A stretch of DNA of 34,464 bases from Fidelibacterota bacterium (GTDB taxonomy: Bacteria > Fidelibacterota > Marinisomatia > Marinisomatales > TCS56). Under the pieces are notes generated by a model. The model saw only the letters and a list, made by a program, of their open reading frames with translations, was not told where the DNA came from and made no database searches. Positions 1 through 9,409 of this stretch are shown in pieces. How positions within the stretch are numbered: the first letter of the stretch is position 1; every line of letters begins with the position of its first letter. The stretch is taken from positions 1 through 34,464 of the forward strand of contig JBDRBK010000169.1 of assembly GCA_043822705.1 (NCBI GenBank), read 5' to 3'. The position numbers and the translations under genes are program-made.

Positions 1-59
1 GTACCGGTAAAACAAGTGAAGGAATATACTGTTTTCTGAAATATGGCTAAACCGATTTG

Positions 60-1001
60 CTAACGCAGATATAACATTTTTTTCCGGGTACAGTAGTCCG
101 GACTGCGTAATTCGTAAATGTAAATACCGGCGGCCTGCTGACGCTGCTGATCATCATGACCGTTCCAGCCGATCATATATGTGCCGGGAGTGTAGTCCCC
201 ATTGGCAAGGGTCGCCACAATCTGCCCTAAAATATTGTAGACCCTGATTTGTATTCGATCCGCAGCAACCACGGTATAACTGAATTGGGTGTACGAATTA
301 AATGGATTGGGGTAATTCTGACCTAACCGAAATGCGATTGGTTGCACTGTTGCAGTCGCGGCACTTTTCAGGACAATCGTGAACCATACCGGATCGACAA
401 TATCCGGGTAAGCGCAGATAACATTTTGCCCGGATACCGTAGTTGTACCCGGCAGCAGACAGTCCTCCAACCAGAAAGCAATCTCCCCTGGCAGATCGGC
501 GGTGCCACCGGCGACTGCATAAGTAATTGAAAACAACGATTCACTCTGAGCGCTGCCTGCGGTTCGGGCCTGATCGGTTCCGAAAATCAGTATTTTAATG
601 TAATCTTCCCGCCGGAAGCCCAACACCGATACTGCCACCGGATCGCCTTCCGCGCTGACCATAGCCTCCAATTTCGACCCTTTTACCAGAGCGCCGGAGC
701 CGCCGAAAGACAGCCGATCACCAAGGTTATGATGAATATTCAGTTCAAATCCGCGGACCGGCTCGCGATCGATAAGTTCGACTGTCAGCGTGATTGTCGA
801 ATCCGTGATCTCCAGATCAGGTGCAAAATCAAGACAGGCGCACAGACCACTGACAACCGACTGATTCCAGTCCTGATTGGCGGTGCCGTCGTCCAGCATG
901 GTGCGCTGGTCGATTGAGTGGGTTGTATCAGTGGGACAGTCCCCTCCCGCTACCAGCAACGGTAGTAAAATTAAAAGACCGATTTTCAGCCCTGTTCTCA
1001 T
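60..1001 (-). CDS. Secreted protein with T9SS type A / FlgD-Ig C-terminal sorting domain and possible cohesin-like beta-sandwich
   Basis: ORF 60..1022. ATG at 1001 gives signal peptide MRTGLKIGLLILLPLLVAG. C-terminus has the CTD signature LGQNYPNPFNS...VYNILGQIVATL...WNGHD...AGIYIYEL...KKMLYLR. Confidence 0.8.
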   Translation of the reverse strand: MRTGLKIGLLILLPLLVAGGDCPTDTTHSIDQRTMLDDGTANQDWNQSVVSGLCACLDFAPDLEITDSTITLTVELIDREPVRGFELNIHHNLGDRLSFGGSGALVKGSKLEAMVSAEGDPVAVSVLGFRREDYIKILIFGTDQARTAGSAQSESLFSITYAVAGGTADLPGEIAFWLEDCLLPGTTTVSGQNVICAYPDIVDPVWFTIVLKSAATATVQPIAFRLGQNYPNPFNSYTQFSYTVVAADRIQIRVYNILGQIVATLANGDYTPGTYMIGWNGHDDQQRQQAAGIYIYELRSPDYCTRKKMLYLR

Positions 1002-1177
1002 GTAAAGCCTGCGGGATTTCACTTATTATATAATAAAGGTTAGTACCCCCAGCCATTCCGAGCAAATGGAAAATGGCTCACCGCTCCGGAATTGATAATT
1101 CCCTGCCTAAACCGGAAAATGCACTGTTGGAAGATAATCGGCAGTGTTCTAAAATCCGGCGACAATATATTAATCCC

Positions 1178-3439
1178 ATGGAATATAATAAACCCAACCA
1201 CCACCGCCTGGCTATCGGAATTCTGCTTGTGCTGGTCACGTGTGCAGTCGGCCAAAAGCAGGTTAAACCATTGATCATCGAATCCGGTCGGAACGCGGCC
1301 GGTCCGACTGCTTATCCGATTCCGGGCTCGCACCTGCTCCGGGATAGTGAAAACGAGCTCCGGAAGTACCTGCAGGCGCATCCGGAACTCGAATCCCGGC
1401 CGAAACGGTTGCGGACAACAGCTTGGGCCTTCCAGGTCGGTGATTCCAAAACCTGGTGGGCGACCGATATCGCCGAAGATTCCGAGTACAGTGTTGCCTC
1501 GACCTGTCGCGCAATCGGCGATAATTGCTACATTTTCGTGGCGGACGAAATCTGGACCGGCGGCGCTAACCAGCGCGTTGACCAGACCGCAGTTGATTCG
1601 ATCAAAACAGTGTTCGGACTTGCTACCCCGGCCGATCGCACGATGGGTATATTCGACAAAATCACTGCGGTATTCGGTGATCCGCCCGATGTCGATTCCG
1701 ATCCCCGGATCATCATCCTGATCCTGGATATCAAGGATGGTTATGACGGAACCGGTGGCTTTATTGCCGGCTACTTCTTTTCGCTTAATGAGTATCCCGA
1801 TAAAACCTGGTCCGGCCGACGCAGCAACGAAGCCGAAATCTATTATCTCGACGCCGACCCGGCGGACTTGGCTTCATCCTACGGACTAACTGCCGGCATG
1901 TCGACCGCCGCCCATGAATTCCAGCACATGGTCCACTGGAATTATGACACGGATGAAACGACTTTCATCAACGAGGGCTGTGCGACGATCGCCGAAGTTG
2001 TCTGCGGATACCCGATCTATAATCAGGCCCATTATGCCGGTGAAACCGATATTGATCTATTCCGGTGGCGCAGCGGAGACGATGATGTTTACAATGATTA
2101 TTCCCGGGCCGCCCGCTGGACGCTGTACTTATACGAGCAGTATCCAAACGATTTCCTGAAACTGCTGGTCGGCAGCCCGGCCTCCGGTATTAACGGCATC
2201 GAGGCCGCCTTGGATGGTTATCGACCAACCACCGATCGCAACTTCATCGATTTGTTCAGGGACTGGACGGTCGCCAATCTGGTGAATGACTCGACAATCG
2301 CTCACCAATACGGCTATCGCTATACACCGCTGATTCAGCCGGAACCGATACAGCTGCATTACGATCCCAACTTCACCGCATTCAGGGATACTGTAAGCAA
2401 CCTGGCCGTCCACTATATTACATTTTACAATTCGACCGGTCTTAATGTCATCTTCAATTCCGATGCAGCCGATTTGACACTGCAAGCCTATGATCCTGGT
2501 GATAATACACTATCCGACGTCACGATCGGACAGGTTTATGCTCCCCAGACGACCGCCGCTAACGACCAGGGAATTACTTTTATAGTGATTAATTGTAATC
2601 TTACCAAATCCGCCCGCTATTCGTACTCCGCCAGCGGCACCGTCAAGGAAAGCATCGAGTTGGCCTACGATGACGGCAGTCCCGAAGGCTTCTTGCCGTT
2701 GCCGGCCGGTGACAGTATCCTGGTCTATTTCGATGGAGTACTCAACGCCACACTGGACAGTATCAGGATCGCCCTGCGGCGTGAAGGCACCCTGACCGCC
2801 GCCGTGACCGTATTCGCCGGTCTGAATGCCCCTTCACCGATCGGTACGACCCTCTGGGGACCGGCGACCGTTACCTGTAGCAGCGCCACGGCCTCAATTC
2901 CCTATCCGGTACCGTACGATAACTGGGTTACCGTTGATCTGCATCAGCAAAGTATTTCGGCGGCGGATTTCGCGGTTTTAATTGCGCTCGACGATTCCCT
3001 GCGGCCGGGGGTGATGATCAGTGAGGAACTGGTCGGTGACGATGCGGTCCACAGCTATTCTTATTCACAGGAACAAGGCCGTTGGCTCTACTGGGTCCCC
3101 GATGATACCCATTTATATAAATACCTGATTCGGGCCTATGTTTCGACCACCGGTGGCGCACCTACACCGCAACCGACTGTTGCGGTATTGTCTGCCAATT
3201 ATCCCAATCCGTTCAATATTTACACCAATTTCCGGTATCACCTGTCGGAGCCGGCCACGGTGAATTTAGACGTTTATAATGTCAGCGGGCAGTTGGTGGA
3301 ACGGCTTGTAAGCGAGCATCAAATGTCGGGTCCTTATACAGTCGGCTGGAAAACCGAAAATCTTAGTTCCGGCGTATATATCTATCGTCTGCGAATCGAT
3401 GATACCAGCTACGTTAAAAAATGTCTGTTGCTGAAATAG
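1178..3439 (+). CDS. Secreted zinc metalloprotease (M30/hyicolysin-like gluzincin) with T9SS-type C-terminal domain, paralog 1
   Basis: HEFQH zinc motif (1913-1927) followed by INEG (third-ligand Glu). PPDVDSDPRIIIL..DI and GYF motifs. Signal peptide from ATG 1178. CTD ANYPNPFN...SSGVYIYRL...KKCLLLK. Confidence 0.8.
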   Translation: MEYNKPNHHRLAIGILLVLVTCAVGQKQVKPLIIESGRNAAGPTAYPIPGSHLLRDSENELRKYLQAHPELESRPKRLRTTAWAFQVGDSKTWWATDIAEDSEYSVASTCRAIGDNCYIFVADEIWTGGANQRVDQTAVDSIKTVFGLATPADRTMGIFDKITAVFGDPPDVDSDPRIIILILDIKDGYDGTGGFIAGYFFSLNEYPDKTWSGRRSNEAEIYYLDADPADLASSYGLTAGMSTAAHEFQHMVHWNYDTDETTFINEGCATIAEVVCGYPIYNQAHYAGETDIDLFRWRSGDDDVYNDYSRAARWTLYLYEQYPNDFLKLLVGSPASGINGIEAALDGYRPTTDRNFIDLFRDWTVANLVNDSTIAHQYGYRYTPLIQPEPIQLHYDPNFTAFRDTVSNLAVHYITFYNSTGLNVIFNSDAADLTLQAYDPGDNTLSDVTIGQVYAPQTTAANDQGITFIVINCNLTKSARYSYSASGTVKESIELAYDDGSPEGFLPLPAGDSILVYFDGVLNATLDSIRIALRREGTLTAAVTVFAGLNAPSPIGTTLWGPATVTCSSATASIPYPVPYDNWVTVDLHQQSISAADFAVLIALDDSLRPGVMISEELVGDDAVHSYSYSQEQGRWLYWVPDDTHLYKYLIRAYVSTTGGAPTPQPTVAVLSANYPNPFNIYTNFRYHLSEPATVNLDVYNVSGQLVERLVSEHQMSGPYTVGWKTENLSSGVYIYRLRIDDTSYVKKCLLLK

Positions 3440-3546
3440 AACCCAGTCGCGGGAATTAATTTACCCGGCACGCTGTAGCATTTATTAGATTCGCTAATGC
3501 CCGTTCCAGCCATAATAACCATCCTCCATCCACAGGACCGTTAAAA

Positions 3547-3855
3547 TTGGGCCGTACCAAAATAACCACTGTAGTACTGGTACTGGTACTACTGCTCGGC
3601 GCCTGCGCTTCCCGGCCGCTTGCCACGGATGAAATTATCATCACCGGTAAAATTTATCTGACCGGCAATGAACCTTTTACCCGCCTGGCCGTTAGTGACG
3701 AACGTGGCGTCCACTACCTGCTCACCGGAGCGGACAGCATCCTAAGTGAGCTGTATCAACTTCAAGGTTCGACAGTGAAATTATATTGCTCGAAGATCGT
3801 ACATTCCAAAACCAGAAATGTGGCAACAATCGTTAATATTGAGAAATTGCATTGA
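3547..3855 (+). CDS. Small lipoprotein of unknown function
   Basis: TTG start. Basic N-terminus, hydrophobic stretch, lipobox LLGA-C. Beta-rich mature part with GNEPF motif. Lies between the two protease genes on the same strand. Confidence 0.75.
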   Translation: MGRTKITTVVLVLVLLLGACASRPLATDEIIITGKIYLTGNEPFTRLAVSDERGVHYLLTGADSILSELYQLQGSTVKLYCSKIVHSKTRNVATIVNIEKLH

Positions 3856-3902
3856 AACGGATACCCACTACTGATAGACAATATCGAAGAAAGTAATAAA
3901 AT

Positions 3903-6173
3903 ATGAAGCTGAAAAGTAGTTTTATAACCGCGCTGGTGTCCACTCTATCCCTCGTTTATTCACAACTAGCGGTCAAACCGCTGGCGCTAGCGAATGAATC
4001 CGGCCCGGCGAACAGTAATATCTACCCGGTCACCGGCTCCGATCGGCTGCGTGCGGAAGAATCCCGGATACTGGATTATAGACGAACCCACCCCGAGGTC
4101 GCGGCCAGGTTGAGTGCGGTGAATCGTTCGGCCTGGAATTTTGAAGTGGGATCCCAGCATACCTGGTGGGCTACCGATCTGGATATCTCCTATGAGGAAT
4201 ATGAAGTACCGGCAACCTGCCGCGCGGTCGGTGTCAATTGTTATATCTTCGTAGAGGACGCGGTCTGGCTGAACGGATCGAATCCCCGTGTCGACCTGTC
4301 GGCGGTCCAATCGATTCTCAATGCTTTCGATTCCGCCACGCCGGCCGATGCCAATAAGGGAATCTATCAGATCGCGACCGAGACATTTGGCGCTGCTCCC
4401 GATGTGGACGGCGATCCGAAGATAATGATTTTGATCCTGGATATCAAAGATGGATTCACCGGCAGCGGCGGCTACGTAGCGGGCTACTTTTTCTCGATCA
4501 ATGAATATGCCGACGGCGACCCGGCGATCGAGGGCCACCGCAGCAACCAAACCGAAATCTATTATCTGGATGCCGATCCGGCTAATTTATTGACGGATTA
4601 CGGTGTGGAGAATGGAATGGCGACTGCCGCTCATGAATTTCAGCACATGATTCACTGGAATTACGACGACTGGGAATGGACTTTCATCAATGAAGGCTGC
4701 GCCACCGTATCGGAAGTAGTCTGTGGTTATCCGATTTACAGTCAGTCTCTGTATGCCGGCGAAACCGACATCCATCTGTTCGACTGGCGCCATAATGATG
4801 ACAATGTTCTAAACGACTATTCCCGGTCCGCCCGCTGGACGTTATACCTGTACGAACAATTCCCGAATGATTACTTGCGGTTGCTGGTCAACGATACCAA
4901 GGTCGGCATTACGGGAATCGAAAGTGCTCTGAGCAATTATGCACCGGCAACGACCCGGCGTTTCGATGATATACTGATTGACTGGATAGTCGCCAACTAT
5001 GTCGACGATCCATCCATCGACTCGAAATATGGCTACAATTATTCGCCTTTGGCCCGACCCGAGCCGACTTTTGACTATTATGATACCAACGTCAGTCTGA
5101 CGACCAACTCTATCAGCAGTCTCGGCGCGCACTATATAAAATTCAGCCGCGGCACGTCCCTGGATATATCCTTCAACTGTCAAAGATACGATTTAGTCAT
5201 AAAAGCCTACAAGAGTGCCGCGACAACCGTGGACGATATTATACTCGGTCAATCCTACTCATTTGACGGCCTCGGCAGCGAATACAGTTCTGTCACTTTT
5301 ATGGTAATCAACACAAATGAGAACATGGCATTAGATTATTCCTTCTCTTCGACCGGCGCCGGCGCCGGGGAGGCCATCGAAATTGTCTATGAGGATGGTC
5401 AACCGGAAGGTTATTTACCACTTCCGCCCGGCGACACGGTGGCTGTTTTTTTTAATGGCATTCCCGGTTCGATACTGGATAGTGTAAAAGTCGCCTTCCG
5501 GAATGCCGGTCAAATCGATGCCGTGTTCGCCAGGTACGAGGATTCCTGGAATCCGTCACCGGTCGGTACTGTATTCTGGGGACCGACTTTGGTCGTTCAA
5601 AGAAAGATCAGTCCCGTTCCCTATCCGGTTCCCTATGAAAACTGGAACGTGATCGATGTCAGCGCCGAGAAGCTGCCGGCCACCGAAGATTTTATTGTTG
5701 CGCTGGCGATCAAGGATACTACCAAACCTGGAGTAATGGTAAGCGCCGAGGCGATCGATGGCGTATATCACAGTATGGCTTATTCCCAGGACGACTCCCG
5801 CTGGCTGGCCTGGGTACAGGACGATTATAACGTCTATAAATACCTGATCCGCGCCTATGTCCATATTCCGACCCTGGCATATGAAGATCAGGTAGTGGAA
5901 TTACTGCCCGGCCGGTTCCAATTGCTGGACAATTATCCCAATCCGTTTAATCCGGTCACCAATATTTCCTACTACCTGCCGTACAGCGAGTTCATCGATC
6001 TGGCGATATATAATTTAGGCGGGCAATTGGTCGAGCAACTGGTGAGCGAAAAGCAGCCGGCGGGATTGCAGACGATTAACTGGGATGCGCGAAACCTGAG
6101 TTCCGGCGTGTATTTCTACCGGATCAAAGCCGGTGCATTCGAAGCCCGCAACAAATGTCTGTTGTTGAAATAA
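3903..6173 (+). CDS. Secreted zinc metalloprotease (M30-like gluzincin) with T9SS-type C-terminal domain, paralog 2
   Basis: Signal peptide. HEFQH (4632-4646) plus INEG. Colinear with paralog 1. CTD DNYPNPFNP...SSGVYFYRI...NKCLLLK. Confidence 0.82.
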   Translation: MKLKSSFITALVSTLSLVYSQLAVKPLALANESGPANSNIYPVTGSDRLRAEESRILDYRRTHPEVAARLSAVNRSAWNFEVGSQHTWWATDLDISYEEYEVPATCRAVGVNCYIFVEDAVWLNGSNPRVDLSAVQSILNAFDSATPADANKGIYQIATETFGAAPDVDGDPKIMILILDIKDGFTGSGGYVAGYFFSINEYADGDPAIEGHRSNQTEIYYLDADPANLLTDYGVENGMATAAHEFQHMIHWNYDDWEWTFINEGCATVSEVVCGYPIYSQSLYAGETDIHLFDWRHNDDNVLNDYSRSARWTLYLYEQFPNDYLRLLVNDTKVGITGIESALSNYAPATTRRFDDILIDWIVANYVDDPSIDSKYGYNYSPLARPEPTFDYYDTNVSLTTNSISSLGAHYIKFSRGTSLDISFNCQRYDLVIKAYKSAATTVDDIILGQSYSFDGLGSEYSSVTFMVINTNENMALDYSFSSTGAGAGEAIEIVYEDGQPEGYLPLPPGDTVAVFFNGIPGSILDSVKVAFRNAGQIDAVFARYEDSWNPSPVGTVFWGPTLVVQRKISPVPYPVPYENWNVIDVSAEKLPATEDFIVALAIKDTTKPGVMVSAEAIDGVYHSMAYSQDDSRWLAWVQDDYNVYKYLIRAYVHIPTLAYEDQVVELLPGRFQLLDNYPNPFNPVTNISYYLPYSEFIDLAIYNLGGQLVEQLVSEKQPAGLQTINWDARNLSSGVYFYRIKAGAFEARNKCLLLK

Positions 6174-6190
6174 CAGGATAAAACTATACC

Positions 6191-6232
6191 ATAATTAAAA
6201 AAGGGAAGCGATCGCTTCCCTTTTTTAATTAT
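6191..6232. terminator. Bidirectional rho-independent terminator (perfect 42-bp palindrome)
   Basis: ATAATTAAAAAAGGGAAGCGA|TCGCTTCCCTTTTTTAATTAT. U-tract on both strands. Lies between convergent protease 2 and clpX. Confidence 0.9.
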
Positions 6233-6233
6233 T

Positions 6234-7376
6234 TCAGGCTGATTTCCGTCTTTGTCGATAACGCGGTTTGGCGCCACGGGTGATGACTTCCGGTGTAATG
6301 ATAACCTTGCCCACATCCTGCCACTCGGGCAGGTCGTACATCAGATCCATCATGAATTCTTCCAGGACCGAGCGCAGCGCCCGGGCGCCGGACTGCCGGG
6401 CCAAGGCTTGTTTGATCACCGCCCGCAACGCCTCGTCCTGAAATTCCAGTTCGACGCCCTCCATGGCAAATAATTTCTGGTATTGTTTCAGCAATGCGTT
6501 TTTCGGTTCTTTTAAAATCCGGAATAATGTTTCCTCGTCCAGCAACTCCAGCTTAGCCACTACCGGCAGCCGGCCGACCAGCTCGGGAATGAATCCAAAC
6601 TGGATCAGATCGGCGGGCGTCACTTCCGATAGGGGCGCCGCCGCCGGTACGGCGGTTTTCTTCCGGCGCGACGATTTGAAACCGATCTCGTTGGCGCCTC
6701 TACGCCGTTCCATGATTTCATTCAAACCATCGAAAGAACCACCACAGATAAACAGGATGTTCTTGGTATTGACCGCGATCAGTTGCTGTTCGGGATGCTT
6801 CCGGCCGCCTTTGGGCGGTATATTGGCGATCGTTCCTTCCAGAATCTTCAACAATGCCTGCTGCACGCCCTCACCGGAAACATCGCGGGTGATCGATGGC
6901 GTCGAGCTCTTGCGACCGATTTTATCCAGTTCATCGATATAAACGATCCCCTGTTCGGCTGCGGCAACATTGTAATTAGATACCTGCAGCAGGCGCACCA
7001 GGATATTCTCCACGTCTTCACCCACGTACCCGGCCTCGGTCAGGGTGGTGGCGTCGGCGATCGCGAACGGCACCGACAGGAACCGCGCCAGGGTCTGGGC
7101 CAGCAGCGTCTTGCCGGTACCGGTGGGACCGATCAGCAGGATATTGCTTTTTTCGATCTCCACCTCTTCAAGGACATGCTGAAAAAGGATTCGCTTGTAA
7201 TGATTGTAAACCGCCACCGCCACGGTGCGCTTGGCGATATCCTGGCCGATGACGTAGCGGTCCAGAAAAGCTTTTATTTCCGATGGTTTTTGCAGCGCAA
7301 AGCGGTAGTCTGCGGTACTGTCGGGCGTCTCGTTCACCGATTCACCGTCAATCGGTCCGGTCGTTTTTGTTTTCAT
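6234..7376 (-). CDS. clpX: ATP-dependent Clp protease ATP-binding subunit ClpX (no N-terminal zinc-binding domain)
   Basis: VIGQ..AK, VYNHYKR, Walker [17 protein letters not shown] pore loop, Walker [24 protein letters not shown] loop, IGF loop, GARALR. Directly downstream of clpP. Confidence 0.97.
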   Translation of the reverse strand: MKTKTTGPIDGESVNETPDSTADYRFALQKPSEIKAFLDRYVIGQDIAKRTVAVAVYNHYKRILFQHVLEEVEIEKSNILLIGPTGTGKTLLAQTLARFLSVPFAIADATTLTEAGYVGEDVENILVRLLQVSNYNVAAAEQGIVYIDELDKIGRKSSTPSITRDVSGEGVQQALLKILEGTIANIPPKGGRKHPEQQLIAVNTKNILFICGGSFDGLNEIMERRRGANEIGFKSSRRKKTAVPAAAPLSEVTPADLIQFGFIPELVGRLPVVAKLELLDEETLFRILKEPKNALLKQYQKLFAMEGVELEFQDEALRAVIKQALARQSGARALRSVLEEFMMDLMYDLPEWQDVGKVIITPEVITRGAKPRYRQRRKSA

Positions 7377-7978
7377 TTTTTCCGGGGGGTCAGGATTGTG
7401 TCGATGATGCCGTATTCCCGCGCCTCTTCAACGCTCATGAAATAATTGCGGTCCGTATCTTTTTCGACCCGGCGAATCGACTGCTTGGTGCATTGTGATA
7501 AAATTTTATTCAGCCGTTTCTTCAACCGGTCGATTTCATCGGCCTGGATCTGGATATCGCTGGCCTGTCCCTCGACCCCGCCCATGGGCTGGTGAATCAT
7601 GATCCGGGCATTCGGCAAAGCGGAACGTTTTCCCTGCGCCCCGCCAGCCAGCAGGATCGCCCCCATGCTGGAAGCCTGTCCCATGCAGATCGTGGCCACG
7701 TCCGATTTGATATACTGCATCGTATCGAAGATACCAAGACCGGAAGTGACAAAACCGCCGGGCGAATTGATATACAGATAAATATCCTTTTCATCGTTTT
7801 CGGCATCCAGGAATAAAAGCTGGGCGATGATCAACGAGGCGACGTTATCGTCGACCGGCATCCCCAGAAAAACAATTCGCTCCTTGAGCAGACGGGAATA
7901 AATATCATAAGCCCGTTCCATCCGACCGGACTGTTCCACGACCATCGGAATTAACTGGGAAATCGTATCATGATCCAT
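7373..7978 (-). CDS. clpP: ATP-dependent Clp protease proteolytic subunit ClpP
   Basis: [25 protein letters not shown], catalytic Ser (ASSMG), His (MIHQP), Asp region [12 protein letters not shown] overlap with clpX. Confidence 0.98.
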   Translation of the reverse strand: MDHDTISQLIPMVVEQSGRMERAYDIYSRLLKERIVFLGMPVDDNVASLIIAQLLFLDAENDEKDIYLYINSPGGFVTSGLGIFDTMQYIKSDVATICMGQASSMGAILLAGGAQGKRSALPNARIMIHQPMGGVEGQASDIQIQADEIDRLKKRLNKILSQCTKQSIRRVEKDTDRNYFMSVEEAREYGIIDTILTPRKK

Positions 7979-7983
7979 ATTGA

Positions 7984-9270
7984 TTACTCCTTGGCGGATT
8001 TTTCACGCAGATCCTTAGTCTTTACTTTGGTCTCCTTGACCTTAGCAAATTCCTTTAAAAATTCGAGGATTTTACTTTCCAGCAGATCATCTTCCAGTTT
8101 GTGCTTGTTGCTGGGTTTTTTATAGTACTTCACTATCTCCGCTTCGCTGGCCGGTGAGCGTTCGACCAGACGCCGGATTTCAGCCTCCAGCTCGGTCGCT
8201 GAAATTTCAAATTTCTGCTGCCGGATAATGGCGGCATGAATCAGATACCATTTCAGGTTATGCTCGGCCATCGGCCGGTAAATTTCACGCAGTTGCTGCT
8301 CATCCAGTCCGCCGCTGTTATTGGCTTTGGCGTCTTCCACTACCCGATCCAGGTAGGCCTCTACCATGGACGGCGGATATTCGGGATTTACCAGTTCGAT
8401 CAGCGTGTCCGACAGGGCCCGGTTGAAAGCTTCGTCGGAGCGGTGCTCCAGATTATGGTCGATGCGCTCCTTGACCCGCCGGCGCCAGTCCTGCTCGTCG
8501 GCAGCTTCCGGGTCGACCTGTTTAATAAATTCGGCGTTGATCTCCGCTAATACACGTTCTTCCACATTGATTACCCGGACCTCATAGGTATTGACCGCTT
8601 TGCCTTCCGCTTCCGGAATCTCCACCCGCGCCGAAGCACCGGGCTTCAAGCCCAGTAAACGTTCCTGGTTGCTGCCACCGAATACACCGTCGCCGATCTT
8701 GATATAGCGTTTCTCAAATTTTTCACCGATCAGCGGCAACCCCGTGTCATCAATTTTCTGCAGATCGGCAATGATGAAATCGCCGACTTTGGCACCGTCT
8801 TCCACGGTCCGGGCCTCGGAAAACCGTTCCCGGATTTCCCTGATCGTATCATCGATATCCTGGTCATCGGAAATATAGACGGTGCGCTCGACTTTCAGGC
8901 TGCCTTTCTTCAATTCCGGTAATTCAATTACGGGCTCGATTTCGAAACTGACCTTGAATGCCAGGGGCTGGCCGTTCTCGAATTCCACATCCGCCACTTT
9001 GGCCTGGTTGACCGGATTCAGGTCTTTCTCTTTCAGGGCCTCTAAGTAATAACGTTGAATAGCATCGTCCACAAATTGGGCGTCGATGTGCGTCTGGTAC
9101 TGCTGCAGGATGACTTTCCGCGGTACCTTTCCGGGTCGAAAGCCCGGCATTTTAACGGTTTTGATGAATTTTTTTTCGGTTTTGTCGTATTCGCCGGCAA
9201 TCTCGCTCCAATCGAGCCGGACCGCCATTTCGCGCATATAAGAATTGGGGGAGCTTAATTCTATTTTCAC
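7984..9270 (-). CDS. tig: Trigger factor
   Basis: Ribosome-binding motif PGFRPGKVP. Canonical tig-clpP-clpX order. GTG start at 9270 preceded by AAAGGA. Confidence 0.95.
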   Translation of the reverse strand: MKIELSSPNSYMREMAVRLDWSEIAGEYDKTEKKFIKTVKMPGFRPGKVPRKVILQQYQTHIDAQFVDDAIQRYYLEALKEKDLNPVNQAKVADVEFENGQPLAFKVSFEIEPVIELPELKKGSLKVERTVYISDDQDIDDTIREIRERFSEARTVEDGAKVGDFIIADLQKIDDTGLPLIGEKFEKRYIKIGDGVFGGSNQERLLGLKPGASARVEIPEAEGKAVNTYEVRVINVEERVLAEINAEFIKQVDPEAADEQDWRRRVKERIDHNLEHRSDEAFNRALSDTLIELVNPEYPPSMVEAYLDRVVEDAKANNSGGLDEQQLREIYRPMAEHNLKWYLIHAAIIRQQKFEISATELEAEIRRLVERSPASEAEIVKYYKKPSNKHKLEDDLLESKILEFLKEFAKVKETKVKTKDLREKSAKE

Positions 9271-9409
9271 CGTATTTCCTTTAAAATTGACCATGAATTT
9301 AGCACCGATCACTCCATAGTTTTCAGACTTTTATCCCCGCCATATCCCCGTCCGGTCCCGTCGGCAGTATCCTCCCCCGACCAGGCACCGGAGTCGAGTG
9401 ACCGGTGAT

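Noticed and set aside
1..50. Possible 3' end of a plus-strand gene (frame 3, ...TGKTSEGIYCFLKYG-stop)
   Set aside because: Too short at the window edge to support a call.
1073..1177. N-terminal extension of the protease 1 ORF
   Set aside because: The signal peptide starts at ATG 1178. The extension is probably promoter or UTR sequence.
3570..3594. Short GTACTG tandem repeat
   Set aside because: It simply encodes VLVLVLL in the signal peptide, with too few units for phase variation.
6463..7445. Long plus-strand ORFs (159 and 220 aa) opposite clpX, and similar shadow ORFs opposite the TonB receptor, DASS and oxidoreductase genes
   Set aside because: These are antisense shadows of conserved genes, with no motifs or RBS.
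9271..9409. Looked for the tRNA-Leu often found upstream of tig
   Set aside because: No cloverleaf, T-arm GTTC motif or CCA end on either strand.
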